From an uncultured delta proteobacterium (GTDB lineage Bacteria; Desulfobacterota; Binatia; UBA9968), in the NCBI GenBank assembly GCA_963745035.1, contig CAVUVW010000014.1, positions 576,001 to 640,000 of the forward strand: a stretch of DNA of 64,000 bases. Direction: 5' to 3'. This document shows positions 51,845 to 63,050 of this stretch, piece by piece. The stretch's first letter is position 1. Each line of letters opens with the position of its first letter. The notes below the pieces were generated by a model. It was not told where the DNA came from and ran no database searches. It saw only the letters and a program-made list of their open reading frames with translations. A program made the position numbers and the translations under genes.

Positions 51845-54230
51845 ATGTTTAACAGCCAACGCAGTTTTTTGATGCTCTCCGGTTCCTTCTCACAGCGCGC
51901 TTATGGTGCGCTGTTATTGGTGTTCGGCCTGATTGCCATCATTACGGCTTTTAGTGCAGGCGCTTGGGCGATTTCCATACTGGGCCTCATCCTGCTGCTC
52001 GCCGGCGTTGTCCAGATCGTCCACGGCCTACAAACACAATTGCCGTCTTCGACCTGGGCAACCTATCTCACGGGCGTGTTGATGATACTCGGCGGGTTAC
52101 TGCTTTTCGCCCGGCCGGTCATGGTCATTGGCGGACTGTTGGCGCTCATCGCGCTACTCATGGTGGCAGACGGCGTCGCGAAGATCGTCAGAGCATTCAA
52201 GGGTAAGGCCGGTCAAGCGCGCTGGTGGACAATTTTCAACGGCATCGTCAATTTCCTCCTCGCGTTGCTGATTTGGCGGCAGGGCGCCTCCACGGGAGCC
52301 GTTGTTCTTGGGGTCGGCCTCGGACTTTACATCATGTCTACCGGGTGGACGGCGCTCTTCGCTCCAGACGAAGGCATCGAAAACGTCGATGTCGCTCAGG
52401 CGGCCAATGAACATCCGGATGAACGACTGGGCCTGCCGCCGCACGCCGAATTCGGCCGGCTCCGTGTAGCCGCCGTCGAGCGCGAACTGGCGGCGCTGCC
52501 GATCGATACCTTCTGGATCATCGTTATGATCTTGGTGTTCTTCGCTATCCACGCCGGACGTCTGCAAGCAGATTGGACCTGGCTTGGCCTGATTTCGCCG
52601 CTGGTCGCCGTCATCGGCGATGTACTGACGGCGTTGCTTGTCGCGGTGCTTCTGCTTCCCCTCTGGCTCACGCTGCGGCGGCTTACGCGGCCCATCGAAC
52701 GGCGCGCTTGGGAACAGCGCCTCTCGGATCAGACCCAGGAGAAGAGCTTGGGTCTCGGTGAGCGCGCCGTGAATTGGTGGCTCGATAGCCGGCTGCGCTG
52801 GGGCGTGCGCTTGCGGCTCACGCGCGGTTCGTTGCGCGCCGCTGTCTCACAGTGGCTCCGCACGGGCCTACCCATCGTCGCCGTGGTCGTCGCCATCAAT
52901 CCGATCTGGGGCTTCAGCTGGTACTTCAACACCGAGAACTGGGCAAGCGCCTTCTGGGAGAAGGTCGCCGAAGCGCGCACCGACGCCTGGCGCGAGGCGA
53001 TGATCGCGGCAGTCGAGCGCGAGGTGCTGCCGACCGGCGTGGCCAAGGATTCCTTGTTCGAAGTACGGCCCGAGGGCGTCGGCGACTCCACGGATTTCAG
53101 CTTCCTCGTCATCGGCGATCCCGGCGAAGGCGATCCGTCGCAGGCGTCTTTGCGCGACCGCTATCTGGACCTTGGCCGGCGCCCGGACGTGAAGATTTTT
53201 GGTTGTATCGTCGGACGTGATTTATCCCGGCGGGGCGATGCGTGATTACGAGTTCAACTTCTATCTGCCGTTCAAAGGCTTTGCCAAGTCGATCTATGCC
53301 ATCCCCGGCAACCACGACTGGTTCGGCGCACTCGACGGTTTTGCGGCGAACTTAATGGAACCGGTCGCGGCGCAGGCGGCGATGAATGCGCGCGAGAAGT
53401 TAACCGAACTGGTTACGCCGCCTGACCGCCAGGGCGTCGTCAGCGCGATAAACGAGGCTGCGCGGTTGCGGAGTGAATATGGCATTCGAACCGCCGAGCA
53501 GCGCGCTCCGTTCTTCGAAATCCAAGGACGCGAGTTTGCCTTGATTGCCGCCGACACCGGCATTCTGCGCCGTTTCGATCCCGCGCAGTTGGCATGGTTC
53601 GAACGCGCCTTGGCGCGAGCGCAGGGCCGATTCACGATGGTCATCCTCGGCCATCCGTTCTATGCCGGGGGCGCTTACCAGGGCGTTGATGAAACTTTTG
53701 GCAGAATCCATCGTCTCCTGCGGCAATATAAGGTTCCGATCGTAATGGCGGGAGACACTCACGACTTCGAATTCTACCGGGAAGAATATAATAACGGCGA
53801 CGGTCCGCGAGTGATGCATCACTTCGTCAACGGCGGCGGCGGCGCCTATCTCAGCATTGGCACCGCGCTCGACTGGCCTTCAGCGGCGCCGGTACGGGAC
53901 TGGGCGTTTTACCCGAGCACAGAGGCCGTCCGCGCCAAGCTGGAGAGCGAGACCGGCCGGTGGAAATGGCCAGTGTGGTGGTGGATCAAGCGCTTCAAAG
54001 CCTGGCCGGCTTCGGTGGAAGCGCTGTCGGGGATGTTTGACTTCAATCATACGCCGTTTTTTCAGAGCTTCATGGAAGTTCGCGTGGAAGGCTCCGCGCG
54101 ACGGGTGCGATTGATACTGCATGGCGTCCACGGACCGCTCCAGTGGCGCGACCTGCAGATCGGCGGCGCGACTCGTCCAAAGGGAGCAAGGCCGGACGAT
54201 TTGGCCGAGTGGGTCGTGGCGATGGAGTGA
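51845..54230 (+). CDS. HdeD/DUF308 membrane domain fused to calcineurin-like metallophosphoesterase; frameshift ~53197
   Basis: N-terminal HdeD-like TM repeats; GDPGEGD / SDVIYP, PGNHDW, HPFY, AGDTH, GGGGA. Confidence 0.8.
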
Positions 54231-54411
54231 ACGCTATCAGGGAATTGGACGAGGGAATTTCGAAATCCAAAATAGGGGAATTCCCGATTAGAAAAAGTCT
54301 TACGAGATTATAACTTCGCTGCAGAGAAGGATTTGCGTTGCGCGTCATTGTCGAGCAAATCCACGACGATCGATATCCAGATTTTGGCACAGTAACGAGC
54401 GGGAGGTTGAT

Positions 54412-54843
54412 ATGACAAGATTCGTTCGGGTTTTACAATTCGGTATCATGATTATCGCGTTTCAAGCCTGTAGCTCGGGCGTTTCTCAGGATACGCGCCA
54501 ATGGGCGCCGACCGCTGTGACGGACTTCAAAAGCGTCGCGGGAACCTGGGAGGGCATCTTGTCCGGAGTCGCGGGGCCGCGCGCGGATGAAGACTGGGTT
54601 CGTCTGACCATTTCGGAGACCGGCGCTTACGAATTTGCCAGCTATAGGACAATCGGCGTGTTCAGTGGGAAGGGCAAGTTCAACTTGACCGACGGAAAAC
54701 TCACGGCGCAGTCCGATAAGGGCAAAATGGCGCTCCAGCTTTTCAGAGAGCCCGCAAAGGGTGAGCATATGCTCCGAGCCGAGGCGGCAACCAGCGACGG
54801 GCAAAAGTACTTGGCGCAGCTCAACCGGCGTGGAAGCAGTTGA
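54412..54843 (+). CDS. Hypothetical lipoprotein (paralog of 23446-23892)
   Basis: GGAGG RBS, FQAC lipobox, shared YEFASYRTIGVFSGKG block. Confidence 0.75.
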   Translation: MTRFVRVLQFGIMIIAFQACSSGVSQDTRQWAPTAVTDFKSVAGTWEGILSGVAGPRADEDWVRLTISETGAYEFASYRTIGVFSGKGKFNLTDGKLTAQSDKGKMALQLFREPAKGEHMLRAEAATSDGQKYLAQLNRRGSS

Positions 54844-54986
54844 AAATAACGACGGCACGATCGCTCGGAATCCCCGGTCGATTTGATCAACGATCGTAAA
54901 GCCGCGAAGGCGGCCTCCAAGACGGATGCGTCTATCTGCCCTCGAATAACAGACGCGCTCCCGTGAGATGATAGGAACCTCGCGCC

Positions 54987-56084
54987 ATGAAACTGTCGCT
55001 GCGGCCTTCAGTCAATTGGCTGTTTGTATTTGTGCCCATCACGGTCGCGCTGGAGCACATTAGAGGTCTCCCCGCTCCGCTCGTGTTTTTCGCCGCGGCG
55101 CTTGCCATCGTTCCGATTGCGAGCTTGCTCGTTCACGCGACGGAACAGCTTGCGACTCGGACCGGTGACGCGGTCGGTGGCCTGCTGAACGCGACGTTCG
55201 GCAACGCGCCCGAACTCATCATCGCCGTGGTGGCGCTGCAGGCCGGTCTGCTCGACATGGTGCGCGCTTCCCTCATCGGCGCGATCCTCGCCAACCTCCT
55301 GCTCGCGCTCGGCATCGCATTCCTGCTCGGCGGCATCCGCTTCCATGACCAACGCTACAACCCCGGCGCCGCTCGGGTCTACAGTTCGATGATGCTTATC
55401 GCCGTCATAAGCCTGGGCGTGCCGAGCGCGTTCAGCCGCTTCTTTTCGCCCGAGGAGACCATTCGCCAGGAGGTGCTGCTCAATGTTGGCCTTGCCGTGG
55501 CGCTGCTGCTCACCTATGCGCTGTATCTCGTGTTCATGCTCAAGACGCATCCAGGCGCGTTTGCGACAGAGGGCGGCCACGAAGCGAACGCCGAAGAGGG
55601 CGCGCGCTGGAGTCTCCCGCGCGCAATCGGGAGCCTCGTGGCCGCTTCCGTGCTTGCGGCGTGGATGAGCGAGATCCTCGTCGGCGCGGCCGAGGGCACC
55701 GGCCGGGCGCTCGGCATGTCGCAGGTCTTTATCGGCATCGTGTTTCTCGCCATCGTCGGCGGCGCCGCCGAGAGCGGCTCGGCGATCGCGACAGCGCGGA
55801 AAAATAAGATGGACCTCGCGGTGGGGATTGCGCTCGGGAGTTGCATCCAGATCGCGCTCTTTGTGGCTCCGGTACTGGTCTTGGCGAGTTACTTCATTGC
55901 ACCAGCGCCGTTCGAACTCTCATTTAGCCGCGCGGAAGTCGGCTCGCTGTTCCTCGCCGTATTGATCGGTACCCTGGTTTGCGGCGACGGTCAGTCCAAC
56001 TGGTTCAAGGGCGTGCAGCTCACCACGGTGTACTTAATCATGGCGTTGTTATTTTACTTTATGCCTGAGGTGACGCCGGGATGA
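54987..56084 (+). CDS. Ca2+/H+ exchanger (CAX/ChaA, CaCA family)
   Basis: GGLLNATFGNAPELII, IVGGAAE, GSCIQIALFVAP, NWFKG. Confidence 0.92.
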   Translation: MKLSLRPSVNWLFVFVPITVALEHIRGLPAPLVFFAAALAIVPIASLLVHATEQLATRTGDAVGGLLNATFGNAPELIIAVVALQAGLLDMVRASLIGAILANLLLALGIAFLLGGIRFHDQRYNPGAARVYSSMMLIAVISLGVPSAFSRFFSPEETIRQEVLLNVGLAVALLLTYALYLVFMLKTHPGAFATEGGHEANAEEGARWSLPRAIGSLVAASVLAAWMSEILVGAAEGTGRALGMSQVFIGIVFLAIVGGAAESGSAIATARKNKMDLAVGIALGSCIQIALFVAPVLVLASYFIAPAPFELSFSRAEVGSLFLAVLIGTLVCGDGQSNWFKGVQLTTVYLIMALLFYFMPEVTPG

Positions 56085-56764
56085 ACAGAGCCAGCGAGGT
56101 CGGAGCCGCCAGTCCACGCACGCTCGGAAACGCGTACCTCTGCCGGCGTTACGAGATCTTGTTTTACACCCTCATCCTTACAATGGTGGCGGCTCCGCTT
56201 GTAGCCGCTTTAGAGTTGAACGGAGCGCTGCTCGAGTTCCTGCTAGCCGCCAATCTGCTCGCGGCGGTGATGCCGGTTAGCACCGGCAGAGGTCGCCGCG
56301 TCTTGCTGGCCATTGTAGCCGTGCTATGGCTGGCGCGTGCGGCGACCGCTTGGTTGGGTCATCCGGCAGTCTCGGCTCTGACACTTGGACTGTGGACACT
56401 GCTCGCGATGTTCGCAGCAGGCGGCGCTTTACGTTTTGCAATGCGAGCCACAACGGTAGATGCGGAGCATCTGTACGCGGCGCTTAGCGCCTATCTGCTC
56501 GCGGGAATTTTCTTCGGCATTTTCTATTGGGTTATTGAGCGCGCCGGACCGGGCACATTCGCCGCCCCCGCTGAGTTCTCGCGCATGAGCGCGATCTATT
56601 TTAGTTTCGTCACGTTGGCGACTCTTGGCTACGGCGATATCGTCCCGCGCACAGATGTGGCGCGCGGTCTCGCAATCGTCGAGGGAGTCGGCGGGCAGCT
56701 TTTCCTGGCCGTCTTGATTGCACGTTTGGTCAGCCTTTATGGTCGCGGCAAAGAAACCAACTAG
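56081..56764 (+). CDS. Potassium channel family protein (Ion_trans_2)
   Basis: YFSFVTLATLGYGDIVP selectivity filter. Confidence 0.88.
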   Translation: MNRASEVGAASPRTLGNAYLCRRYEILFYTLILTMVAAPLVAALELNGALLEFLLAANLLAAVMPVSTGRGRRVLLAIVAVLWLARAATAWLGHPAVSALTLGLWTLLAMFAAGGALRFAMRATTVDAEHLYAALSAYLLAGIFFGIFYWVIERAGPGTFAAPAEFSRMSAIYFSFVTLATLGYGDIVPRTDVARGLAIVEGVGGQLFLAVLIARLVSLYGRGKETN

Positions 56765-56935
56765 ATCGTCGCCCCTCGCCAGAAAAGACTCCAAAACGCA
56801 CGGTCCAAGAGTTTGCGCCGGTGCGGCTGGCGTACTGCCCCATGTCGCAAACGGTATCGTCGAAAATTGTTCAAACAAGATCTGCATTAAGGATAGGGAG
56901 TCTGGGACGAGGACCAGACAGAAAGAGGTGAAGCG

Positions 56936-57847
56936 GTGGACGACAAAAAAATGAAAAATTTCATCAAGGCGGCGCGCAAAATCGCGAAGCCTTTCCGCGT
57001 CACGAACGACCGCTTTCGTCTGAAGGACTTTGACCCAGACGACACGCTGGGATTTGACTCTGAAGACAAACCGCGCGCCAAGGAAGCGCTTGCCATGGGC
57101 GTCGATCTCCTGGCGGAGATGCAAGATATGCTCTACGCTCAGGACCGTTGGGCCGTACTGCTCATCTTTCAGGCCATGGACGCCGCCGGAAAGGACGGCG
57201 CCATCAAGCATGTCATGTCCGGTATCAATCCGCAGGGCTGCCAGGTCTTTTCATTCAAGGCGCCGACCAGCGAAGATCTCGATCACGATTATCTTTGGCG
57301 GTGCATCAAATGTCTGCCCGAGCGCGGCCGCATTGGCATCTTTAATCGCAGCTATTATGAAGAGACGCTGGTGGTGCGGGTACATCGGGACTTCTTGGAG
57401 AAGCAGAAGCTGCCGGCTGAACTGATCACCAAGGACATCTGGAAGGAGCGTTTTCAAGACATCCGCAGCTTCGAGAGCTACCTGGCGCGCAACGGCGTTG
57501 CCATTCGCAAATTTTTTCTCCACGTCTCGAAGAAGGAGCAGAAGAAACGCTTCCTCGGGCGCATCGAGGAGCCCGAGAAGAACTGGAAGTTTTCGGCCAA
57601 TGACGCCAAGGAGCGCGAATACTGGGACGACTACATGGAAGCATACGAAGACATGATTCAGAACACCGCCACCAAAGCGGCGCCCTGGTACGTCGTGCCC
57701 GCGAATAACAAGTGGTTTACGCGCGTGGTCGTCGCCGCTGCGGTGATCGATGCGCTGGACGATTTGAACCTGCATTATCCCAAAGTGGACGATGCAAAAT
57801 TAAAAGAGCTGGCGGCGGCGAAGCGCGCGTTGCAAGCCGGAAAATGA
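56936..57847 (+). CDS. ppk2: Polyphosphate kinase 2 family, class III type
   Basis: QAMDAAGKDG, SFKAP, FNRSYYE, KNWKF, APWYVVPA. Confidence 0.92.
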   Translation: MDDKKMKNFIKAARKIAKPFRVTNDRFRLKDFDPDDTLGFDSEDKPRAKEALAMGVDLLAEMQDMLYAQDRWAVLLIFQAMDAAGKDGAIKHVMSGINPQGCQVFSFKAPTSEDLDHDYLWRCIKCLPERGRIGIFNRSYYEETLVVRVHRDFLEKQKLPAELITKDIWKERFQDIRSFESYLARNGVAIRKFFLHVSKKEQKKRFLGRIEEPEKNWKFSANDAKEREYWDDYMEAYEDMIQNTATKAAPWYVVPANNKWFTRVVVAAAVIDALDDLNLHYPKVDDAKLKELAAAKRALQAGK

Positions 57848-57854
57848 TGGCAAA

Positions 57855-59114
57855 ATGTTTGATCTGGATTTGGCGCTCCGGTTCGGTGCCGCCCTCGGTC
57901 TCGGCTTATTGCTCGGCCTGGAGCGCGAGCGAAAGCGCGATGCCGAAGCCGAACTATTGTTCGGTGGGATCAGGACTTTCGCGCTGATCGCTTTATTGGG
58001 TGCCCTTGGTGCTTTCATGGAACGCGAGTTGAACCAAGGCTGGCTTGGTCTCGCCGCCTTCATTGCATTAAGCGCTCTGGTGATCGTCTCCTATGCGACG
58101 ACGGCGGCGCGCGGCGAACTGGGAATTACCACTGAAGTCACCGCACTGCTCGCTTTCATTGTCGGCGCGTTGTGCGGCTGGCGGCACGTGGGGGTAGCCA
58201 GCGTCGCAACCGTGGTTTGCCTGCTGCTTCTCACCCTGAAGGATTTCTTGCACAGTCTGGCGCGGCGGGTGGAGGTCGCGGACGTCGAAGCGACGCTTAC
58301 CTTTGCCGTCATCAGCGTGATTATCCTGCCGCTGCTTCCCAATCAGAATTTTGGGCCGCCGCCTTTGGACGTAATCAATCCTTACAAAATCTGGTTGATG
58401 GTGGTGCTGATCGCCGGGCTGAATTTTTTGGGTTATCTGCTGGTGAAAGTTCTCGGCAATGAACACGGCTTTCTTCTTACCGGCGTCCTCGGCGGTCTCG
58501 TGTCGAGCACGGCCGTCACCTTGAGTTTTTCTCAACGCAGCCGTCAGGAACCTGCCATGTCGTCGGCGTTTGTCCTGGCGATCGTGGTCGCGTGGACGAT
58601 TATGTTTCTTCGAGTCCTAGTCATGGTGGGGGTGGTCAATAGGGCATTGGCAGCAAGCCTCGCCTTGGCGCTCGGATGCATGGCGGCGGTGGGACTGATT
58701 GTTTCCCTTGTTCTTTGGCGGCGCGCAAGAACACACGAGAAGGGAGTGGTGGCTGCGGGTGCAAACCCATTTGAGCTCAGCGAAGCGATTAAGTTTGGCT
58801 TGCTGTTCGGTATTGTCACGGTCGTAGCCAAAGCCGCGCAGACCTACTTCGGGGCAGCGGGACTTTATCTCGCCGGCGCACTTGCCGGACTCACCGACGT
58901 GGATGCCATTTCGCTGTCCATGGCTAATCTCGCTACAACCAATCCGGACAGCCTGGCAGTCGCGGCTCGTACCATTGTCATAGCCATTCTTGCGAATACG
59001 CTGGTGAAGGCCGGAATGGCCGTGTTTATGGGGGCTCCCCCGCTGCGCCGCACCGTCCTCTTGGCCACGGTTCTATTACTGATCGCGGGAACGGCCGGAA
59101 GCTGGCTCGCATGA
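57855..59114 (+). CDS. MgtC/SapB + DUF4010 membrane protein
   Basis: LLGLERE, GIRTF, GITTE, GGLVSSTA, GLTDVDAI. Confidence 0.88.
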   Translation: MFDLDLALRFGAALGLGLLLGLERERKRDAEAELLFGGIRTFALIALLGALGAFMERELNQGWLGLAAFIALSALVIVSYATTAARGELGITTEVTALLAFIVGALCGWRHVGVASVATVVCLLLLTLKDFLHSLARRVEVADVEATLTFAVISVIILPLLPNQNFGPPPLDVINPYKIWLMVVLIAGLNFLGYLLVKVLGNEHGFLLTGVLGGLVSSTAVTLSFSQRSRQEPAMSSAFVLAIVVAWTIMFLRVLVMVGVVNRALAASLALALGCMAAVGLIVSLVLWRRARTHEKGVVAAGANPFELSEAIKFGLLFGIVTVVAKAAQTYFGAAGLYLAGALAGLTDVDAISLSMANLATTNPDSLAVAARTIVIAILANTLVKAGMAVFMGAPPLRRTVLLATVLLLIAGTAGSWLA

Positions 59115-59275
59115 CCCATTGCATTGACCGGCGGAAAGACGGAAACGACAGTGCCGGAACCAGTTGTTTGAAAGAATCGCATGAACGAAGGAACAAGCGC
59201 GACGATGCAAGACCGGACCGTGCGCCTGGCGCGGCGCTTGGCGCTGTGTGAATTTTAGCGAAGCGAACGGGGAGC

Positions 59276-60961
59276 ATGAATCACTATCCGACAGCTACAA
59301 AGGAAAACCAGTCCGCTACTGCCCCGCTGCGCTTCGACATAGTCGCCGGCCTGACAGCGGCGGCGGTGGTGCTGCCAAAGGCGATGGCCTATGCGACGGT
59401 TGCCGGCTTGCCCGTTGCGGTCGGCCTGTATACGGCGTTCGTACCCATGGTGATCTACGCACTGCTCGGTTCGTCGCGGGTACTAAGCGTGAGCTCCACC
59501 ACCACGCTTGCCATCCTAGCAGGCACGCAGCTCGGTCTTGCCGTGCCGGATGGCGATCCTGGGAAGCTCGTGACGGCGACAACTACGCTGACCCTATTGG
59601 TTGGCGCGATGCTGCTCCTGGCGCGGGTGATGCGTCTAGGATTTGCCGCCAACTTTATTTCCGTGCCGGTGCTGACGGGCTTCAAAGCGGGAATTGGGCT
59701 TGTAATCGTGCTGGATCAGATGCCGAAGCTCCTAGGAATTCATATCGAGAAGCAAGGCTTCTTCCGCGATCTTCTCAGCGTCGCGGGTCATGTGCCGGAG
59801 ACTTCGATGTTGACGCTTGCCATCGCCGCCGCGACGCTGCTCGTGCTAATCGGAATGGAGCGACTCATACCGCATTCTCCGGCTCCGCTGGTCGCGATTG
59901 GCGGCGGTATTGCTGCGGCATGGCTCTTCGGGCTACAGGCACTCGGGGTCTCAACGGTCGGCTCGATCCCGCAGGGCTTTCCTGCGCTGACGCTGCCGGA
60001 CCTCGCGCTGGTCGAGGCAATGGTGCCGGGCGCGCTCGGAATGGCCCTGATGAGTTTCACGGAAACGATTGCGGCGGGTCGTGCGTTTGCGCGACCTGAC
60101 GATCCGCCCATCGATGCCAACCGCGAGCTAGTCGCCACCGGAGCAGCCAATCTCGGCGGCGCGCTATTCGGCGCAATGCCCGCCGGCGGCGGCACCTCGC
60201 AGACCGCGGTCGTCCGCGCTGCGGGAGGTCGGTCGCAGAAAGCGTCGCTGGTCACCGCGGGCACGGCGGCGGCGACAATGCTGTTGCTCGCGCCGTTGCT
60301 GGCCTTGCTGCCCAATGCCACGCTGGCGGCGGTGGTCATCGTGTACTCGGTCGGATTGATCCAGCCGTTGGAATTTCTTGCCATTCGCAAAGTGCGGACA
60401 ATGGAATTTCGGTGGGCGCTCATCGCCGCGCTAGGGGTACTGCTGTTCGGGACGCTCAAGGGCATCGTGGTGGCGATCATCGCGTCCCTGATCGGCCTTG
60501 CCAGCCAGGTCGCCTACCCGCGCGTGTCCATCATTGGGCGCAAGCGCGGAGCCGATGTGCTGCGACCGCTCTCGCCCGAGCATCCGGACGACGAGACCTT
60601 CGATGGCCTGTTGATCGTACGCCCCGAGGGACGTCTTTTCTTTGTAAATGCGCAGTATGTGGCGGAGCAGATCGGCGCGTTGATCGCGCAGCACAAGCCG
60701 CGTGTACTGGTGGTGGACATGAGCCGGGTTCCCGATATCGAGTACTCGGCGCTGCAAATGTTGATCGAGAGCGACAAGCGCTCCACCGAGCGCGGCGCCG
60801 TTGCGTGGCTTGTCGGCTTGAATCCCGGCGCGCTGGAGGTCGTGCGCAATGCTGGGCTAGACGAGCGACTCGGGCGTGAGCGGATGCTGTTTAACACCCG
60901 CGTCGCGATCGAACGCTACCAGGCGCTGCAGCGGAAGCCGGGCGCGCCCGAAGCTGACTAA
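59276..60961 (+). CDS. SulP/SLC26 anion transporter with STAS domain
   Basis: DIVAGLT...PKAMAYA...GLY, NRELVA, C-terminal STAS (LFFVNA). Confidence 0.92.
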   Translation: MNHYPTATKENQSATAPLRFDIVAGLTAAAVVLPKAMAYATVAGLPVAVGLYTAFVPMVIYALLGSSRVLSVSSTTTLAILAGTQLGLAVPDGDPGKLVTATTTLTLLVGAMLLLARVMRLGFAANFISVPVLTGFKAGIGLVIVLDQMPKLLGIHIEKQGFFRDLLSVAGHVPETSMLTLAIAAATLLVLIGMERLIPHSPAPLVAIGGGIAAAWLFGLQALGVSTVGSIPQGFPALTLPDLALVEAMVPGALGMALMSFTETIAAGRAFARPDDPPIDANRELVATGAANLGGALFGAMPAGGGTSQTAVVRAAGGRSQKASLVTAGTAAATMLLLAPLLALLPNATLAAVVIVYSVGLIQPLEFLAIRKVRTMEFRWALIAALGVLLFGTLKGIVVAIIASLIGLASQVAYPRVSIIGRKRGADVLRPLSPEHPDDETFDGLLIVRPEGRLFFVNAQYVAEQIGALIAQHKPRVLVVDMSRVPDIEYSALQMLIESDKRSTERGAVAWLVGLNPGALEVVRNAGLDERLGRERMLFNTRVAIERYQALQRKPGAPEAD

Positions 60962-61020
60962 GAATGGCGGACAGCACGTGAAGTCGATGGCGATTAGACA
61001 GAACGACAACGAGAAGCGCC

Positions 61021-61393
61021 AAGCTCATCAAGTACTGGCTGGAAGTCAGCCACGAGGAACAAAAGCGCCGTTTCGAAGCGCGTATCGTCGATCCGCTGCG
61101 GCAGGGGAAGCTGAGTCCCACGGATCTGCCGTCGCGCAGCCGCTGGTACGACTATTCGCGGGCGCGCGACATCATGGCTCGAGGCCACCGATACGAAAAT
61201 TGCGTCGTGGTACATCCTGCGTTCGGACGACAAACGCCGCGCGCGCCTCAACTGCATCTCGCGTCTCCTGAGTCTCATTCCCTACGAGACGGTGCCGCGG
61301 GAAAAAGTGAAACTGCTCGAGCGCATCGAGACCGGCGCCTACGATGACCAAGCCACCTTGAGCGGCCGGAGCTTCGTCCCCGAGAAGTACTGA
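61021..61393 (+). pseudogene. C-terminal remnant of a second (class I type) ppk2
   Basis: KLIKYWLEVSHEEQKRRFEARI-x-DPL...KLSP-x-D...WYDYSRARD-x-M / TDT...W...SDDKRRARLNCI; N-terminal half missing. Confidence 0.8.
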
Positions 61394-61470
61394 GGGGAGC
61401 GCCGATATGACCGAGCAATGATTTCCGTGCCGATGCAAAATTTCGGCACGCACCACAAGGAGGAACTCTG

Positions 61471-62901
61471 ATGGCACAGGATACAAACGCGACGAAAGCG
61501 GTGGGTCTTGCAATGGAGGTCGCCAATGCGGACACGGTGTATCGAGACTTCTATCTTAGGCGGGCGAGACAGCTTTTGAGCCCCACGCTGGATGAATCCG
61601 CCTACCGATCGATCGGCTCGACGGAAACGGAAATAGAAGAGGTCCTGCGCCGCAGCCGAACTGCGGTGCTCCAGCGCGACTGGGGGCATGCCGCCGAGCT
61701 GTCGGGACAGATCGACAGCATGCGCCAGCGGTTAGCGAAGATGGGCAAACTTGCCGCAATCGGGAAAGACGTGTATGAGGCTGAACCAATTGTCTTTGAC
61801 CCATTTTCACCGGGAAAACACTTGGGGCCGAATGCACAGGCGTCTCAAGCAAGCCAGCGCACGCACGCGATGGATGCGCTCGCGTCGCTGGCCAAACTGG
61901 ACGGCGGCGCGAAGCCATTTTATGAGAAGCGGCGCAGTTATTTTTCCGGACTGGAAGTGAAGACTGCGGCGGTTTCGCAAAAGGGCGCGCAGCGCGACCG
62001 GGCGCAAGCGGAGAAGCTCGCGATGGAAGCCGCCGAGCGCGGCGACACTGCGGCGCTACAGCGGCTGGCGAAAGAATTGCGCGACTGGAAAGAGAGCAAA
62101 ACCGCCGTGACGAGCGGAAGCGCGCCGGTTACGTCAGGTCGCTACGAATCTCCCATCGATCTCGCTGCGCCGTTCGCGCCGAAAGTGGTCGAACGGGCTC
62201 GGGCTTTTGGCCTTGCGGAGGCGCGGACCGCGCCTTATGCCGAATTCGCAAAGGCGCGCGAAATTATCTATATGCATGTCGACCAGCCTCTTCCGGCCCG
62301 TCCGGATATGGAGCGTGAAGGCGTGCTGCATGCCAGGACCATGGCCGAGAAAGAGCTTCCGGTCGGGTTCGACTCCGAAGAGCCTCGAATTCTGGCGGGT
62401 CAGTTCATTCAGCAGATCTTTGTCAATTCGGGAGGAGCGCGCTACCTTCCTCCGCTCGCCAACGAAACGGTGCTGGTGGAGGACTTCGACGAAAATGAAT
62501 CGGCGGCTGACGCGCCGTCAAATCTGCTGGCGGCGTTGGGGCTGGCGAAGCACAGCGGCCTTTCCCGCCTGGAGATCGAGGCTGCGCTCATGCGCGCCGG
62601 TGCGGAAATTCTTGAGAATAGCCTGGGCTTGGATCCCCTAGAGTTTCGCCTGGTCTGTATTCCCTACGATCTCTACGCGCGCTTCGGCCGGGAACGGGGC
62701 TTTGGAAAATGGCACCATTGGACGCATTTCGATGGGTACCAGGTCATGGCCGGCAACCGGCTGCGCGCTCTGGCCGGCGGCGACGGCCGGTTCGGCGGGC
62801 TCTACGATCTCGTCAGCATCAGTCCGAGCGATGGGCGGGAAGGCGTCTATGCACGCTTCGCGGTCGTGCGCCGCGCGCGTATGACCTTGCGCTGGCGATA
62901 A
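61471..62901 (+). CDS. Hypothetical protein, 476 aa
   Basis: AGGAGG RBS, long intact ORF, no motif I recognise. Confidence 0.75.
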   Translation: MAQDTNATKAVGLAMEVANADTVYRDFYLRRARQLLSPTLDESAYRSIGSTETEIEEVLRRSRTAVLQRDWGHAAELSGQIDSMRQRLAKMGKLAAIGKDVYEAEPIVFDPFSPGKHLGPNAQASQASQRTHAMDALASLAKLDGGAKPFYEKRRSYFSGLEVKTAAVSQKGAQRDRAQAEKLAMEAAERGDTAALQRLAKELRDWKESKTAVTSGSAPVTSGRYESPIDLAAPFAPKVVERARAFGLAEARTAPYAEFAKAREIIYMHVDQPLPARPDMEREGVLHARTMAEKELPVGFDSEEPRILAGQFIQQIFVNSGGARYLPPLANETVLVEDFDENESAADAPSNLLAALGLAKHSGLSRLEIEAALMRAGAEILENSLGLDPLEFRLVCIPYDLYARFGRERGFGKWHHWTHFDGYQVMAGNRLRALAGGDGRFGGLYDLVSISPSDGREGVYARFAVVRRARMTLRWR

Positions 62902-62918
62902 TCGGACCGAGCGCGCGC

Positions 62919-63050
62919 GGTTTCAGGTTCAGGTTCAGAAGAAATCGGCAGACCTGGAAAAATGAAAGACTGAATTAATCGTTCCATCCTTCCATCTGGC
63001 GATAGAAGTAATAAGACTAAAAGCTGAAACTCGACGCTGAACCGGAAACC
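62919..63050. repeat. Small inverted-repeat element with (TTCAGG)n arm
   Basis: GGTTTCAGGTTCAG(GTTCAG) ... CTGAACCGGAAACC (13/14 complementary) around an AT-rich core. Confidence 0.55.
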
